From UHGV virus genome UHGV-0250286: 12,747 nucleotides of DNA. One strand, given 5' to 3'. The translations under genes and the position numbers were made by a program. This document shows positions 1 through 7,859 of this stretch, piece after piece (position 1 is the first letter of the stretch; every line of letters starts with the position of its first letter). This DNA is from a virus. The notes under the pieces were generated by a model that saw only the letters and a list, made by a program, of their open reading frames with translations, was not told the origin of the DNA and did no database searches.

Positions 1-134
1 AGGTGAATCATTGGGGAGTGCCGTTAAGCGGTATATGTCAATGAATACTGACGCAGCGCCAGCACAAGATTCGACACCTTCAGGAGAACCACGGAATCAG
101 GTTGGATCATATACCTCAAGATCAGGCATTCAAT

Positions 135-1208
135 TTACTCAACGTCTTTATCCGTTGCTGGGCCGGGAGGTAGGAATTTAAGAACCTGACTGTTAACAAG
201 GGCATTTTGGCGAATGCGCAAATCACGCAATGTCGTATCGCTTCCGGTAAGTTTTGCGAACATGTTCTGTGCGTTACCGAACAAGCCGGTCGTTGGTTTT
301 TCTGCTCTGAACTGTTGAGCAAGCGCACTCATGGAATTGGCTGAGTTTGATGATGCTGTGGCATTGTTTACAGCCGTCTCGATGCCTTTTTCCATGTTTA
401 CTGACAGCTTAGGTGCTTCGCTAATCAACTGCTGAGCCTTTTCCTGCGCTTGCTGCATCTTAAACCCGAACTCTTGCTGATCCAGAGCCAAGCGTTGTGC
501 TGCGATATTGTGCCCAGTCATTGCTGACTGATAGGAAAGGTTTTGCCCTCTCGCCTGAAGTGCTTCACCAGCCTGATTGCTGCGGATTGTCTCTGCCAGC
601 CCGCCTCGGTCAATCTCACGACCAGCCATCTTGTCCTGAACATTGAAGTAATCAATCGGACCAAGAGCAGCCATTCCAAGGTGATCAACAAACTCACCAA
701 ATCCTGAAGGATTCTGCTGATACATCTGAGCAACGCTGTTAGGGTCAACACCGACGCGAGTCAGTTCCTTGGCGTTGTTTTGCAGCCATGATTGCATTGC
801 TTCTGGAGACGATGACGCAAGGCGTGCGCCAGCCGCTAATGTACCGATAGAATTACGCTGGTCTTCATCAATGAATCCCATGCCTTTACGAACGGATTCA
901 ATCTGGTCTGGATATTGAGTAGCTAACTGACGCAAAGCACCGCGATCACCAGACGCATAAGCATTAGCGTATGCCTGCTGAAATTCTTTCTGCCGCTGAG
1001 CCTGCTTTTCCTGCTGAAACACCCCTGCAATACCTGAAAGGCCTTGCAAAGCAGTCAGCCCAACATTGTTAGCGCCTGAACGCTCAATATCATTGTTCTG
1101 CCTGATAAGCTGAAGCGTATTGCCGATGTCATTTACGCTCGGAGCGTTTGAGTTGACGCCGCCGATACCAGCCAACAATCCGCCGTTTGTTCCTTGCCAA
1201 GTAGCCAT
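135..1208 (-). CDS. ejection (E) protein, P22 gp20-like
   Basis: 357-aa ORF directly downstream of the gp7-like gene, the position gp20 occupies in P22. Start ATG at 1206-1208 is preceded by a GGGG Shine-Dalgarno in the 9-bp gap after the gp7 stop. Gln/Ala-rich, low-complexity composition typical of ejection proteins. Shorter than my recollection of P22 gp20 (~470 aa). Confidence 0.6.
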   Translation of the reverse strand: MATWQGTNGGLLAGIGGVNSNAPSVNDIGNTLQLIRQNNDIERSGANNVGLTALQGLSGIAGVFQQEKQAQRQKEFQQAYANAYASGDRGALRQLATQYPDQIESVRKGMGFIDEDQRNSIGTLAAGARLASSSPEAMQSWLQNNAKELTRVGVDPNSVAQMYQQNPSGFGEFVDHLGMAALGPIDYFNVQDKMAGREIDRGGLAETIRSNQAGEALQARGQNLSYQSAMTGHNIAAQRLALDQQEFGFKMQQAQEKAQQLISEAPKLSVNMEKGIETAVNNATASSNSANSMSALAQQFRAEKPTTGLFGNAQNMFAKLTGSDTTLRDLRIRQNALVNSQVLKFLPPGPATDKDVE

Positions 1209-1217
1209 GATTACCCC

Positions 1218-1910
1218 TTAAAACAACGAGCCAAGCAATCCGATACCAGCACCAATGCCAGCGCCCCAAGGCGTTGATGTTCCCAAAAGGCTGGCAAGAC
1301 CTGCACCGGCAATCGCACCAGACGTGCCACCGCTAATTGCAGTCTGAAGACTTGATGGTTTATTGGCATTAGCAGCGGCAAGTGCTGCGCTTTGCTGTGC
1401 AATGCTGCTCATGTTGTTGGCGTATGTCTGCCCAGCGTTTGCCTGACCTTGCAGCGCACCAAGCCCAACGTTTGCCAGATTGTTGTAATTGCTCATCTGA
1501 TTTGATAACCAAGACTGACCGAGTGTCGGCGCGATCGTAGCCAGTTGATTGCTTGTGGCTGTCGAACCAAGTCCACCCGTCGCCTCCGCAGCAGCAAGAC
1601 TCTGGTAACGAGCCTGCCCTGCAAGGTCTTTATACTGCTGAGAGTTGTAATACTGATTAAGTGCCTGCCCCTGACCTTCTAAACTGGAAAGGCTCTGAAG
1701 CTGGTTAACATACTGCTCCGCAAGAGGCGTGAACTGAGCAAGGTTTTTCATGATCGTCTGCCACTGCTGATTTTGCAGGTCTGCAGCATACTTCTGGGCT
1801 TCTGCTGCATACTTTGCGCTTTTATCAGAACTGCCACCTTTCCCGCCTTTTTCAGGGCAATAAGGTTCCTCGCCGCGCAGTTTTCTGCCCAGCTTAAATG
1901 CATATAACAT
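1218..1910 (-). CDS. ejection protein, P22 gp7-like
   Basis: 230-aa ORF. N-terminus MLYAFKLGRKLRGEEP... and the Gly/Ala-rich C-terminus ...WGAGIGAGIGLLGSLF match the P22 gp7 family as I recall it. Correct position between the gp14-like and gp20-like genes. Confidence 0.8.
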   Translation of the reverse strand: MLYAFKLGRKLRGEEPYCPEKGGKGGSSDKSAKYAAEAQKYAADLQNQQWQTIMKNLAQFTPLAEQYVNQLQSLSSLEGQGQALNQYYNSQQYKDLAGQARYQSLAAAEATGGLGSTATSNQLATIAPTLGQSWLSNQMSNYNNLANVGLGALQGQANAGQTYANNMSSIAQQSAALAAANANKPSSLQTAISGGTSGAIAGAGLASLLGTSTPWGAGIGAGIGLLGSLF

Positions 1911-1912
1911 GG

Positions 1913-2371
1913 CTATCTCCCGTGATTCAGGAAGTCGATTAGTTCTTCGCGTGTGGCGCTGTAAAACGTCACGTCATCCACGCCTTTAAAGTATTTCTTG
2001 ATGGTTCCTACACGATTAAGGCCAATCATTGCGCAGTACATCTGCCCGTGGCGGAATTTGCGTGCAGCGAACGATGTGACACACTGAACAGTGGTGTTAG
2101 TCAGAATGTATCGCCAGAACGCCAGCCCGATTTCCTTGCTGAATCCACGAACCTCTGGCAGGTACATGGCGTGGCAATCAAAGGTCAAAGGCTGAATCTC
2201 CTGATAGTAAACAATGCCGCCGAACTGCCCGTGCACGTTCACCTCGAAGTAACGGCATTCAGGCTTGTAGTCGTATCCATCACCGTTGTTGCTCCCGGCA
2301 ATAATGTCAGGGTGATTTCCGACTGCTTCGATCAGGTCGATGTTTCGCGTTTGGTTGAACTGAATCATCAC
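1913..2371 (-). CDS. P22 gp14-like protein (assigned by position)
   Basis: 152-aa ORF between the tail needle and gp7-like genes, where gene 14 sits in P22. Its ATG (2369-2371) overlaps the tail needle stop as ATGA, suggesting translational coupling. Assignment is positional only. Confidence 0.5.
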   Translation of the reverse strand: MMIQFNQTRNIDLIEAVGNHPDIIAGSNNGDGYDYKPECRYFEVNVHGQFGGIVYYQEIQPLTFDCHAMYLPEVRGFSKEIGLAFWRYILTNTTVQCVTSFAARKFRHGQMYCAMIGLNRVGTIKKYFKGVDDVTFYSATREELIDFLNHGR

Positions 2372-3321
2372 TGCTCCGCGATTATCTTGATGGTTGTGGC
2401 AGTAAACGCCGCCACATTTGACTGGATGGTTAACGTACTGCCATTTGTGGCAAGAAAGCCGTCTTTATCCACGCTGAAGAACGTAGCTAACAGGATGTTA
2501 TCGGTTGTTGTCGCCGAGTTGCGACTGCTTACCAGTGTGTCAGGAACAGATCCGGAAAAGGTTAGCTGCATTGACCTGTTTGCGGTTCCGCTGGGCCACG
2601 TCCCGACAATCGACAGCTTGAAGAACAGGGTTTTGTTCTCGTTGAAAACAACCATCTTGTTGTTATCAGTATCGAAGAATGGTGCCAACGTCCCGGATGA
2701 CGGCGTGAGCGTTTTCAGCAGGCTAACAAGGTTGGTCGGCGCTGTTGGAATGGTTACCGATACTCCTGAGTAAACAACCTCTGATTTCTTGCGCGTGGTG
2801 GCATACTCAAGCGCAGATATTCTTGTTGAGTGATCACCAACTGTGCTTTGTAGCGTCGAAATACTTCCCTCTGCCGCTGTGAGCCTGGTATCAAGTGCGT
2901 TGATATCGGTTGTATTCTGAGTTATTCGCGCATCATGGTTTGCTAACTCAGATTCATTGGCAGCAATTCGCGTCTCGTGATCAGCCAGCTCTGTTTCGGC
3001 AGCCGTAATCCTTGTTTCATGATCTGCAAGAGTGCTTTCCGCTGCTGCGATTCTATGTTCATGATTGACGAGAGTTGCTTCAGCAGCAGCAATTCTGGAT
3101 TCATGGTCTGCAAGGGTGACATCCTGCTCATCATTCTTCACCTGTGCATCATAAGCTCCCTTCCCTGCTTCGTTGGCCTTGTTAGCCACGTTACCAACAT
3201 CAGTACCCTGTGCGATAACGTACAGCAGATATGACTGCGAGAAGATATTGCGTGGAAGGACTGATGTGTCGAGTCGTGTAGCCTGAATGATTACCGGCTC
3301 ATTGAGATTCGAATCAGCCAT
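2368..3321 (-). CDS. tail needle (P22 gp26 family) with a C-terminal knob-type domain
   Basis: True start is [43 protein letters not shown]..., the conserved gp26 N-terminal domain. Its ATG (3319-3321) overlaps the gp10 stop. A central coiled-coil repeat region is followed by a ~150-aa Ser/Thr-rich C-terminal domain unlike the P22 gp26 C-terminus, resembling the knob seen in Sf6/HK620-type needles. The ORF track's 351-aa form includes an upstream extension I regard as spurious. Confidence 0.8.
   Translation of the reverse strand: MADSNLNEPVIIQATRLDTSVLPRNIFSQSYLLYVIAQGTDVGNVANKANEAGKGAYDAQVKNDEQDVTLADHESRIAAAEATLVNHEHRIAAAESTLADHETRITAAETELADHETRIAANESELANHDARITQNTTDINALDTRLTAAEGSISTLQSTVGDHSTRISALEYATTRKKSEVVYSGVSVTIPTAPTNLVSLLKTLTPSSGTLAPFFDTDNNKMVVFNENKTLFFKLSIVGTWPSGTANRSMQLTFSGSVPDTLVSSRNSATTTDNILLATFFSVDKDGFLATNGSTLTIQSNVAAFTATTIKIIAEQ
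2905..3114 (-). repeat. five imperfect 42-bp tandem repeats (14-aa repeats) in the tail needle coiled-coil region
   Basis: Protein shows [14 protein letters not shown] / [14 protein letters not shown] / [14 protein letters not shown] / [14 protein letters not shown] / [14 protein letters not shown]. The DNA shows recurring gcagcaattc/gcagccgtaatc/gctgcgattc blocks. Confidence 0.7.
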
Positions 3322-4748
3322 TACTCGATCCTTATCTGGCAGCCAGACAGAGTGACAGGTGACTTCGTGATAACGCGCAATTTGAAGCCGACATTTTTCC
3401 TGATGCGCCCGACTCGCTTCCACAAAACACGCTTGTCGTAAACGAACGGTTCATTCTGCTCAATCATCTGCTCACGACCGTAATTGATGCCATCAGTGGT
3501 TGCCGAGAGGAACAGGCGGTCGGCGTACTGAGCGACCCCCGTCGATGATTCCACCTCCAGATCAAAGCATCTGGCGTTATCTGCTTTGAAGAGTGGAGTA
3601 AACAGCAGGTGTTCTTGCTGTAGCCCATACTGGCTGCTGATGTCGAACTGCAATTTTCCGGTCACGGACTCCAGCTTATCGCCGCACGTTATCTGATTGC
3701 CTTCGTAAATGAAGTCGATAGCGCGGTACACATCGTCATACAGGCCTGTTTTCAGCACACACCATTGCGGACCATTGGCGCTTGAAGATGCGTCGTACAC
3801 AAGGACGTGACGCGAAAGATGGATAATCAGCAACTCATGAGCATCAAACCGCAACGATTCCATCACACCATCAGCCAGTTCATCAGCAGTGTAGGAGCGG
3901 AGGATTTTCTCAATGCTCGCGCTGGCGATTGGTGATACCTGACCGGAGCCGATGATGTATACAGACGGAGCACCTGTTGCCGGATTGCTGATAAACGCAT
4001 AGGAATCAGCAAACGGCGTTTTGCAGTAAGTTCCGGCAATGCCTTTCTGCACCATCAGTGATGGCTGTGCGACATACAAAGCGGCACCAACGGTGGTTGC
4101 CCCAGTCAGGGAAAAATATTCAATCGTCGATGAACCAAAGCAGACGATGAAGTCTCGCCATGTTCCGATGCCGAGGATACCGTCCGGCTGCGATTCTGCG
4201 CGATATTGTGCGCTGTAACGGTCAGGATGCGATTCGTCTTCAGGGTCAGTGATAAACCATGAATCCGTGCCGTCTTTTGACCACGCATAACGCCCACGTA
4301 AACGCGTAATGTCGCGAACCGAACCTAACTCATACTGAGTGAATCCGCTGTCTGTAGGCCAGTTTGAGACTGTTTTAACCGTTCCATCATAGCGATACTC
4401 GACCAGTTGACCATTAACGCCTACCGCCTGAGATGTTCGACCATGCGCCATTGATACGCGACCACTTCCGGCAACATCACCGACCTCGCTTTCGCCCTTA
4501 TACAACTTGCCACCGCAAACGCGATAAACAGCATTCTGCGCCATGTTGTACTCGACACCGCGCGATACACCATTCACATCAGAGCGTTTGGCAATGCCAG
4601 GGAATGAGCGAAGATATCCACTGCTGTTGAGGATTTCTTTGGGGGTTGCCAGCATATTCACTGGCAGATAGTCGATATAGTCGGCGTTTCGAAAGTCTTT
4701 GCCACCTTGAAATGATGATGGCTGAATGGCTTGGCGGTGATGTGTCAC
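3321..4748 (-). CDS. gp10-like head-completion/tail-hub protein; native first ~12 codons replaced at a rearrangement junction
   Basis: From [38 protein letters not shown]... to the C-terminal ...[11 protein letters not shown] the ORF matches the P22 gp10 family. Upstream of codon G(12) at about 4703 the reading frame continues into the reverse complement of a gp4 fragment ([15 protein letters not shown]), beginning with GTG at 4748 and no Shine-Dalgarno. The native N-terminus [20 protein letters not shown] is found instead on the plus strand at 5089-5151. Confidence 0.7.
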   Translation of the reverse strand: MTHHRQAIQPSSFQGGKDFRNADYIDYLPVNMLATPKEILNSSGYLRSFPGIAKRSDVNGVSRGVEYNMAQNAVYRVCGGKLYKGESEVGDVAGSGRVSMAHGRTSQAVGVNGQLVEYRYDGTVKTVSNWPTDSGFTQYELGSVRDITRLRGRYAWSKDGTDSWFITDPEDESHPDRYSAQYRAESQPDGILGIGTWRDFIVCFGSSTIEYFSLTGATTVGAALYVAQPSLMVQKGIAGTYCKTPFADSYAFISNPATGAPSVYIIGSGQVSPIASASIEKILRSYTADELADGVMESLRFDAHELLIIHLSRHVLVYDASSSANGPQWCVLKTGLYDDVYRAIDFIYEGNQITCGDKLESVTGKLQFDISSQYGLQQEHLLFTPLFKADNARCFDLEVESSTGVAQYADRLFLSATTDGINYGREQMIEQNEPFVYDKRVLWKRVGRIRKNVGFKLRVITKSPVTLSGCQIRIE

Positions 4749-4807
4749 CTGGTATCAACGTTGGCTACATTTTCGCTGATGCAGATGTCGCTCCAGATCC
4801 GGGCGAT
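4678..4807. repeat. left junction block: 26-bp (4678-4703) plus 104-bp (4704-4807) segments whose exact reverse complements occur at 5125-5150 and 5151-5254
   Basis: I reverse-complemented both segments by hand and they match 26/26 and 104/104. 4678-4703 is tagtcggcgtttcgaaagtctttgcc; 4704-4807 runs accttgaaatgatgatggct...gatccgggcgat. Confidence 0.9.
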
Positions 4808-5089
4808 GAGCACGGTTTATCAAATAACGCTATCAATGCCGTCATTTTCAACCTTGCCTGCCGCATTGCTCCGGATTATGCGCTGGAAGCGTCTGCAAAA
4901 CTTATAACCACTGCCAGATACGGGAAAGAGAGACTCGTCAAACTGTCTGCAATGGACAGAGCAAAAGCCGCTAAATGTAAGTCCGGTTATCCAAACCGTA
5001 TGCCTGTTGGTAGTGGTAACCAGTTGGCGAAGTGGAACGGCTGGAATTACTTCCAGCGAAAGGAACCTTGCGATAACGGGAGCGAATAA
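4704..5089 (+). pseudogene. 3' portion of the gp4-like adaptor gene, inverted onto the plus strand
   Basis: Plus-strand frame encodes [127 protein letters not shown]. Joined to the minus-strand N-terminal fragment this gives a ~166-aa gp4-like protein. No Shine-Dalgarno ahead of this fragment. Confidence 0.75.
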
Positions 5090-5151
5090 TGCCGATTCAG
5101 CAACTTCCGCTTATGAAAGGTGTCGGCAAAGACTTTCGAAACGCCGACTAA
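5089..5151 (+). pseudogene. first 20 codons of the gp10-like gene, inverted onto the plus strand and detached from the gene body
   Basis: ATG at 5089-5091 overlaps the gp4 stop (TAATG) and encodes [20 protein letters not shown], then a stop. GKDFRNAD continues as YIDYLPVN only on the minus strand at about 4677. Confidence 0.75.
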
Positions 5152-5254
5152 TCGCCCGGATCTGGAGCGACATCTGCATCAGCGAAAATGTAGCCAACGT
5201 TGATACCAGGTGACACATCACCGCCAAGCCATTCAGCCATCATCATTTCAAGGT
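5125..5254. repeat. right junction block: 26-bp (5125-5150) and 104-bp (5151-5254) inverted copies of 4678-4703 and 4704-4807
   Basis: ggcaaagactttcgaaacgccgacta followed by atcgcccggatctggagcgacatc...catttcaaggt. Perfect reverse-complement identity to the left block, but the two sub-blocks are in swapped order, so this is not a simple palindrome. Confidence 0.9.
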
Positions 5255-5369
5255 CGTTGACGCCGTCTTCCATAGACTGCGGTTCGACATCGGTTAACGT
5301 GGCATTTGATGCCACACCGAGCTTACGTAATGCCGCAAGAACTAAATCACCCTTCGTTGTCAGGTTCAT
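5148..5369 (-). pseudogene. 5' portion of the gp4-like adaptor gene (73 codons), ending in a junction-created TAG
   Basis: ATG at 5367-5369 with an AGGCGG Shine-Dalgarno 6 nt upstream. Encodes [73 protein letters not shown], then TAG exactly at the 5150/5151 junction. The track's upstream [10 protein letters not shown]... extension is the hexanucleotide repeat read in another frame. Confidence 0.75.
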
Positions 5370-5595
5370 CTGCTGCCGCCTTAGGTTTTCGACCAGGCTT
5401 TTTACGCTGTTTTTCTTCTGGCTCTGGCTCTGGCTCTGGCTCTGGCTCTGCAACATCATTCAGAAGATTATCAGGATGTGCAAACCAGCCAGCATCCAGA
5501 TATTCCTGAAGCTCTTCGGCTTTCACGATTTCAAAGTCGTATCCAACGCCTTTCCATTTCTTCATGTCGCCATGACGAAAGATCATGTGTGTCAT
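5347..5595 (-). CDS. hypothetical small protein (82 aa) between the coat and adaptor genes, with an acidic (EP)5 repeat and a basic KKPGRKPK tail
   Basis: ATG at 5593-5595 with a GGAG Shine-Dalgarno 6 nt upstream, located just downstream of the post-coat terminator. Encodes [82 protein letters not shown]. Its 3' end overlaps the gp4 start by 23 nt. Sf6-type genomes carry a small ORF in this position; P22 itself, as I recall, does not. Confidence 0.55.
   Translation of the reverse strand: MTHMIFRHGDMKKWKGVGYDFEIVKAEELQEYLDAGWFAHPDNLLNDVAEPEPEPEPEPEEKQRKKPGRKPKAAADEPDNEG
5417..5450. repeat. hexanucleotide microsatellite, (GCTCTG) x5 plus a partial unit
   Basis: tctg gctctg gctctg gctctg gctctg gctctg is read directly in the sequence. 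It encodes (EP)n in the 82-aa ORF on the minus strand. Confidence 0.9.
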
Positions 5596-5608
5596 GCTTG
5601 TCTCCAGA

Positions 5609-5632
5609 TAAAAAAGGGAGCCGAAGCTCCCT
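5609..5632 (-). terminator. rho-independent terminator immediately downstream of the coat gene
   Basis: Minus-strand RNA would read aGGGAGC-uucg-GCUCCCu followed by UUUUUU: a perfect 6-7 bp GC-rich stem, a UUCG tetraloop and a U-tract, 8 nt after the coat TGA stop. There is no T-tract in the plus-strand orientation. Confidence 0.75.
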
Positions 5633-5639
5633 CTGGTTA

Positions 5640-6935
5640 TCACGCAGTCTGGTTAGGCAGACCAACACCAATTGCCTCTGGTCGTACAGCACATGCTGAA
5701 TACCACACAGCAATACGGCACTTACCAGACAGAGTGTTGATATCACCCTGCGTTGCGAAGATGCCGTTAACACCAATACCTGGAATGCTGAAGGAAGAAG
5801 TTTTCATGCCAGCAAACAGTTCATGGGTTACCGGAATCGGCTGAGACAGCAGGCGGATTGAGTCATCAGCCCAGAACACGTTAGCGGTGGTTGTTGCCAC
5901 GTTCAGAACGTTTACCGGAGTGGTATTAGCAAGAGAGGTGTTTACGTTAGCGTAAGCCTTCTCTTCTTTTGTCAGTGACGCGTCATCCAGCGCAATCGGC
6001 TTCGGCGTGATTTCGATGTGAGTATTATCGATCACTCGGGTGATTGAGAAAGTCGCATCATCAGTCAGCACGTTCTTCGCCATCTGAGACAGGAATTTCA
6101 CACCAGTGAAGCTGATTTTGTCGCCGCGCTTAAATCCGGTGGTGGAGGATACGGTCACCGTTGCAACACGGTTGTCGACGTTCTCCTTGTTACCATCGGT
6201 ATCAAGGGTGTATGCCTGCGGCTTAAACTTCTGCGCTCCAGACACAGTTACACCAGTAGCGGTTGACTTGGTAACTGCCGGAAGTTTCGGTGAGCGAAGA
6301 ATTTCATCAAAGCCAGCAATCTGACGCTGAATAGTACCGTTGCGATACGCTTCTTCAGGAACGCGACCGAAGATGTCACCATCTACCAGGTTGCGGCCTG
6401 CTTTGCGGTAATCGTCAGGATTCAGGAAGTAACTGATGCCCATATCGCGGTTTAGCTCACGGGAGAACATCAGTCGCTCTGCATCAGACACAAAATCCCA
6501 TCCAGACAGGCCAGTAGATGGACCAATTGCGCGGGTATCGTGAACAACAAGCGAGCCCATTTCAGTTGCCTGTTTGGCAATTGCTGACTCAATGTTATTC
6601 GCCAGTTTTTTGGCGGATGCCTGGATGCGGCGACGGTAAGAACGCTCATCACGCAGGTCATCTGCACGAAGCTCGAAGAAATCGTTATCCGGATCGCCCA
6701 TGTTGCATTTCACGGAGAGTTCCAGAATCCCGGTTGCGTTGTCAGTTAAATCCCAGCCAGTCTGGGTTGGCGCTTCCTGCTCAACAGGCATCCACACGGT
6801 GTTGCTTGAACGCTGCATTGATTCTGCCGGAGGGGTGTATTTTGTCACTTTGGACGCCATTGGCGTCAGGTTCTGGACGGTTTCGATGATTTCATCCAGA
6901 GCATATGTGACCAGTTGACCTTCATTTAATGCCAT
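5640..6935 (-). CDS. major capsid (coat) protein, P22 gp5 family
   Basis: 431 aa. [27 protein letters not shown]...[14 protein letters not shown] is collinear with the P22 coat protein as I recall it ([20 protein letters not shown]...GVGLPGQTA). ATG overlaps the scaffold stop. Confidence 0.95.
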   Translation of the reverse strand: MALNEGQLVTYALDEIIETVQNLTPMASKVTKYTPPAESMQRSSNTVWMPVEQEAPTQTGWDLTDNATGILELSVKCNMGDPDNDFFELRADDLRDERSYRRRIQASAKKLANNIESAIAKQATEMGSLVVHDTRAIGPSTGLSGWDFVSDAERLMFSRELNRDMGISYFLNPDDYRKAGRNLVDGDIFGRVPEEAYRNGTIQRQIAGFDEILRSPKLPAVTKSTATGVTVSGAQKFKPQAYTLDTDGNKENVDNRVATVTVSSTTGFKRGDKISFTGVKFLSQMAKNVLTDDATFSITRVIDNTHIEITPKPIALDDASLTKEEKAYANVNTSLANTTPVNVLNVATTTANVFWADDSIRLLSQPIPVTHELFAGMKTSSFSIPGIGVNGIFATQGDINTLSGKCRIAVWYSACAVRPEAIGVGLPNQTA

Positions 6936-7846
6936 TATCGAATTCCTTTATTCAGTTGCGCCTTAAGCTTGCGGTACGTCTCTACATCCCCTTTGTTTGC
7001 TGCCGCTTCCATCTGCTTTTCAATCGCAGAGATATTTGCAGCAACAGCGTGTCCCTGAATGGGTTCATCAGGTAACGGGGCTTCTGAAACAGGCTTTGCT
7101 CGAGGCTTGAGAGTTAAACGTTCTGACAGTCGAGTGAGTTCAATCAGCGCGGATTGCCCGTCCATCGCCAGCAACTGGCGTGTTTTCTCAGGATTAGCAC
7201 CAAGGTGATACATGAGAGCAGCGGATTTCTCCGGGAAGAGGCGCATGATGTCGGCACCGACTGCTGGCGGCACCAGTTGCATGAATGCATCCTCTTTCTC
7301 CTGATAGTCAGGGATATTGAGCTTTTCCGCTGCGTCGTAGTGCTTACGGGCTGCCTCGACGTATTGCGCTGATTGCTGGGTGAACTCCTGAGTTTTGCGA
7401 CCCTGCTCGGCGACAGCCTGGCTTCGTGCGTCCATAGCCTTGATCTGCCATTCACTGTTTGCCTGCTGGAAGGCAGCCAGTGCGCGGCTCTGGTCATAGT
7501 CGTACTTAGCCAGTGCATCTTCGGAAAGATAATCGTTAGGGTCTGGTTGTTTTGGTAACTCAGGGTTCACCCGCAGGTGCTCCGGCAACTCTCCACGCTT
7601 AACCGCTTCCATCTGCTGCTCAAGCTCACGCTGGCGTTTGCGTTCGATGCGGCGACGGGCAAATTCAGCATTAGTTGCCGGGTCTTGTTTTGGTTTCTCA
7701 TCGTCTTTCAGGACAATCTCAAAGCCTTCTTCCTGACCTGCACTGTCGTTGGCATTATCGACAACTAAGCCATCAGCAGATGCCGCTGCATGATTGCCGG
7801 GCAGGGTTAATTCTTCAGAAGCCTGAATGTCGGTGGTTTGGTCCAT
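6935..7846 (-). CDS. scaffolding protein, P22 gp8 family
   Basis: 303 aa, highly charged and helical in composition, between portal and coat. Same length as P22 gp8. A GAGAGAG Shine-Dalgarno precedes the ATG. Confidence 0.93.
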   Translation of the reverse strand: MDQTTDIQASEELTLPGNHAAASADGLVVDNANDSAGQEEGFEIVLKDDEKPKQDPATNAEFARRRIERKRQRELEQQMEAVKRGELPEHLRVNPELPKQPDPNDYLSEDALAKYDYDQSRALAAFQQANSEWQIKAMDARSQAVAEQGRKTQEFTQQSAQYVEAARKHYDAAEKLNIPDYQEKEDAFMQLVPPAVGADIMRLFPEKSAALMYHLGANPEKTRQLLAMDGQSALIELTRLSERLTLKPRAKPVSEAPLPDEPIQGHAVAANISAIEKQMEAAANKGDVETYRKLKAQLNKGIR

Positions 7847-7859
7847 GGTTAACTCTCTC

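Noticed and set aside
36-185. 49-aa plus-strand ORF at the left edge
   Set aside because: Overlaps the 3' end of the gp20-like gene on the opposite strand. The nearest Shine-Dalgarno-like sequence is too far from the ATG. No support beyond being open.
2048-2773. 241-aa plus-strand ORF
   Set aside because: Lies entirely antisense to the well-supported gp14-like and tail needle genes, has no Shine-Dalgarno and a low-complexity Val/Leu-rich translation. Typical antisense shadow ORF.
4646-5089. 147-aa plus-strand ORF as an intact gene
   Set aside because: Its first ~20 codons ([20 protein letters not shown]) are antisense gp10 sequence with no ribosome-binding site. Only the part from 4704 onward is gp4-homologous, and that is a displaced fragment, not a complete gene.
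4678-5254. Programmed invertible segment (Hin/Gin-type switch) or CRISPR-like repeat
   Set aside because: No recombinase gene is present in the window. The staggered arrangement of the duplicated blocks means inversion would produce tandem duplications, not a functional gp4-gp10. Only two repeat copies, with no spacer array.
5148-5459. Track ORF with the [16 protein letters not shown]... N-terminal extension of gp4
   Set aside because: The extension is the hexanucleotide repeat read in an alternate frame. The true gp4 start is the ATG at 5367-5369, with a Shine-Dalgarno and P22-like N-terminus [10 protein letters not shown]...
5347-5643. 98-aa version of the small ORF starting at GTG 5643
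   Set aside because: That start would put the coat-gene terminator hairpin inside the coding region. The ATG at 5593-5595 with GGAG 6 nt upstream is the plausible start.
5200-5844. 214-aa plus-strand ORF spanning the repeat and terminator region
   Set aside because: Antisense to the small ORF, the gp4 start and the coat 3' end. It contains the microsatellite read as WLWLWLWL. No ribosome-binding site.
6518-6889. 123-aa plus-strand ORF inside the coat gene
   Set aside because: Antisense to a highly conserved coat gene. Arg/Cys-rich translation with no start-site signals.
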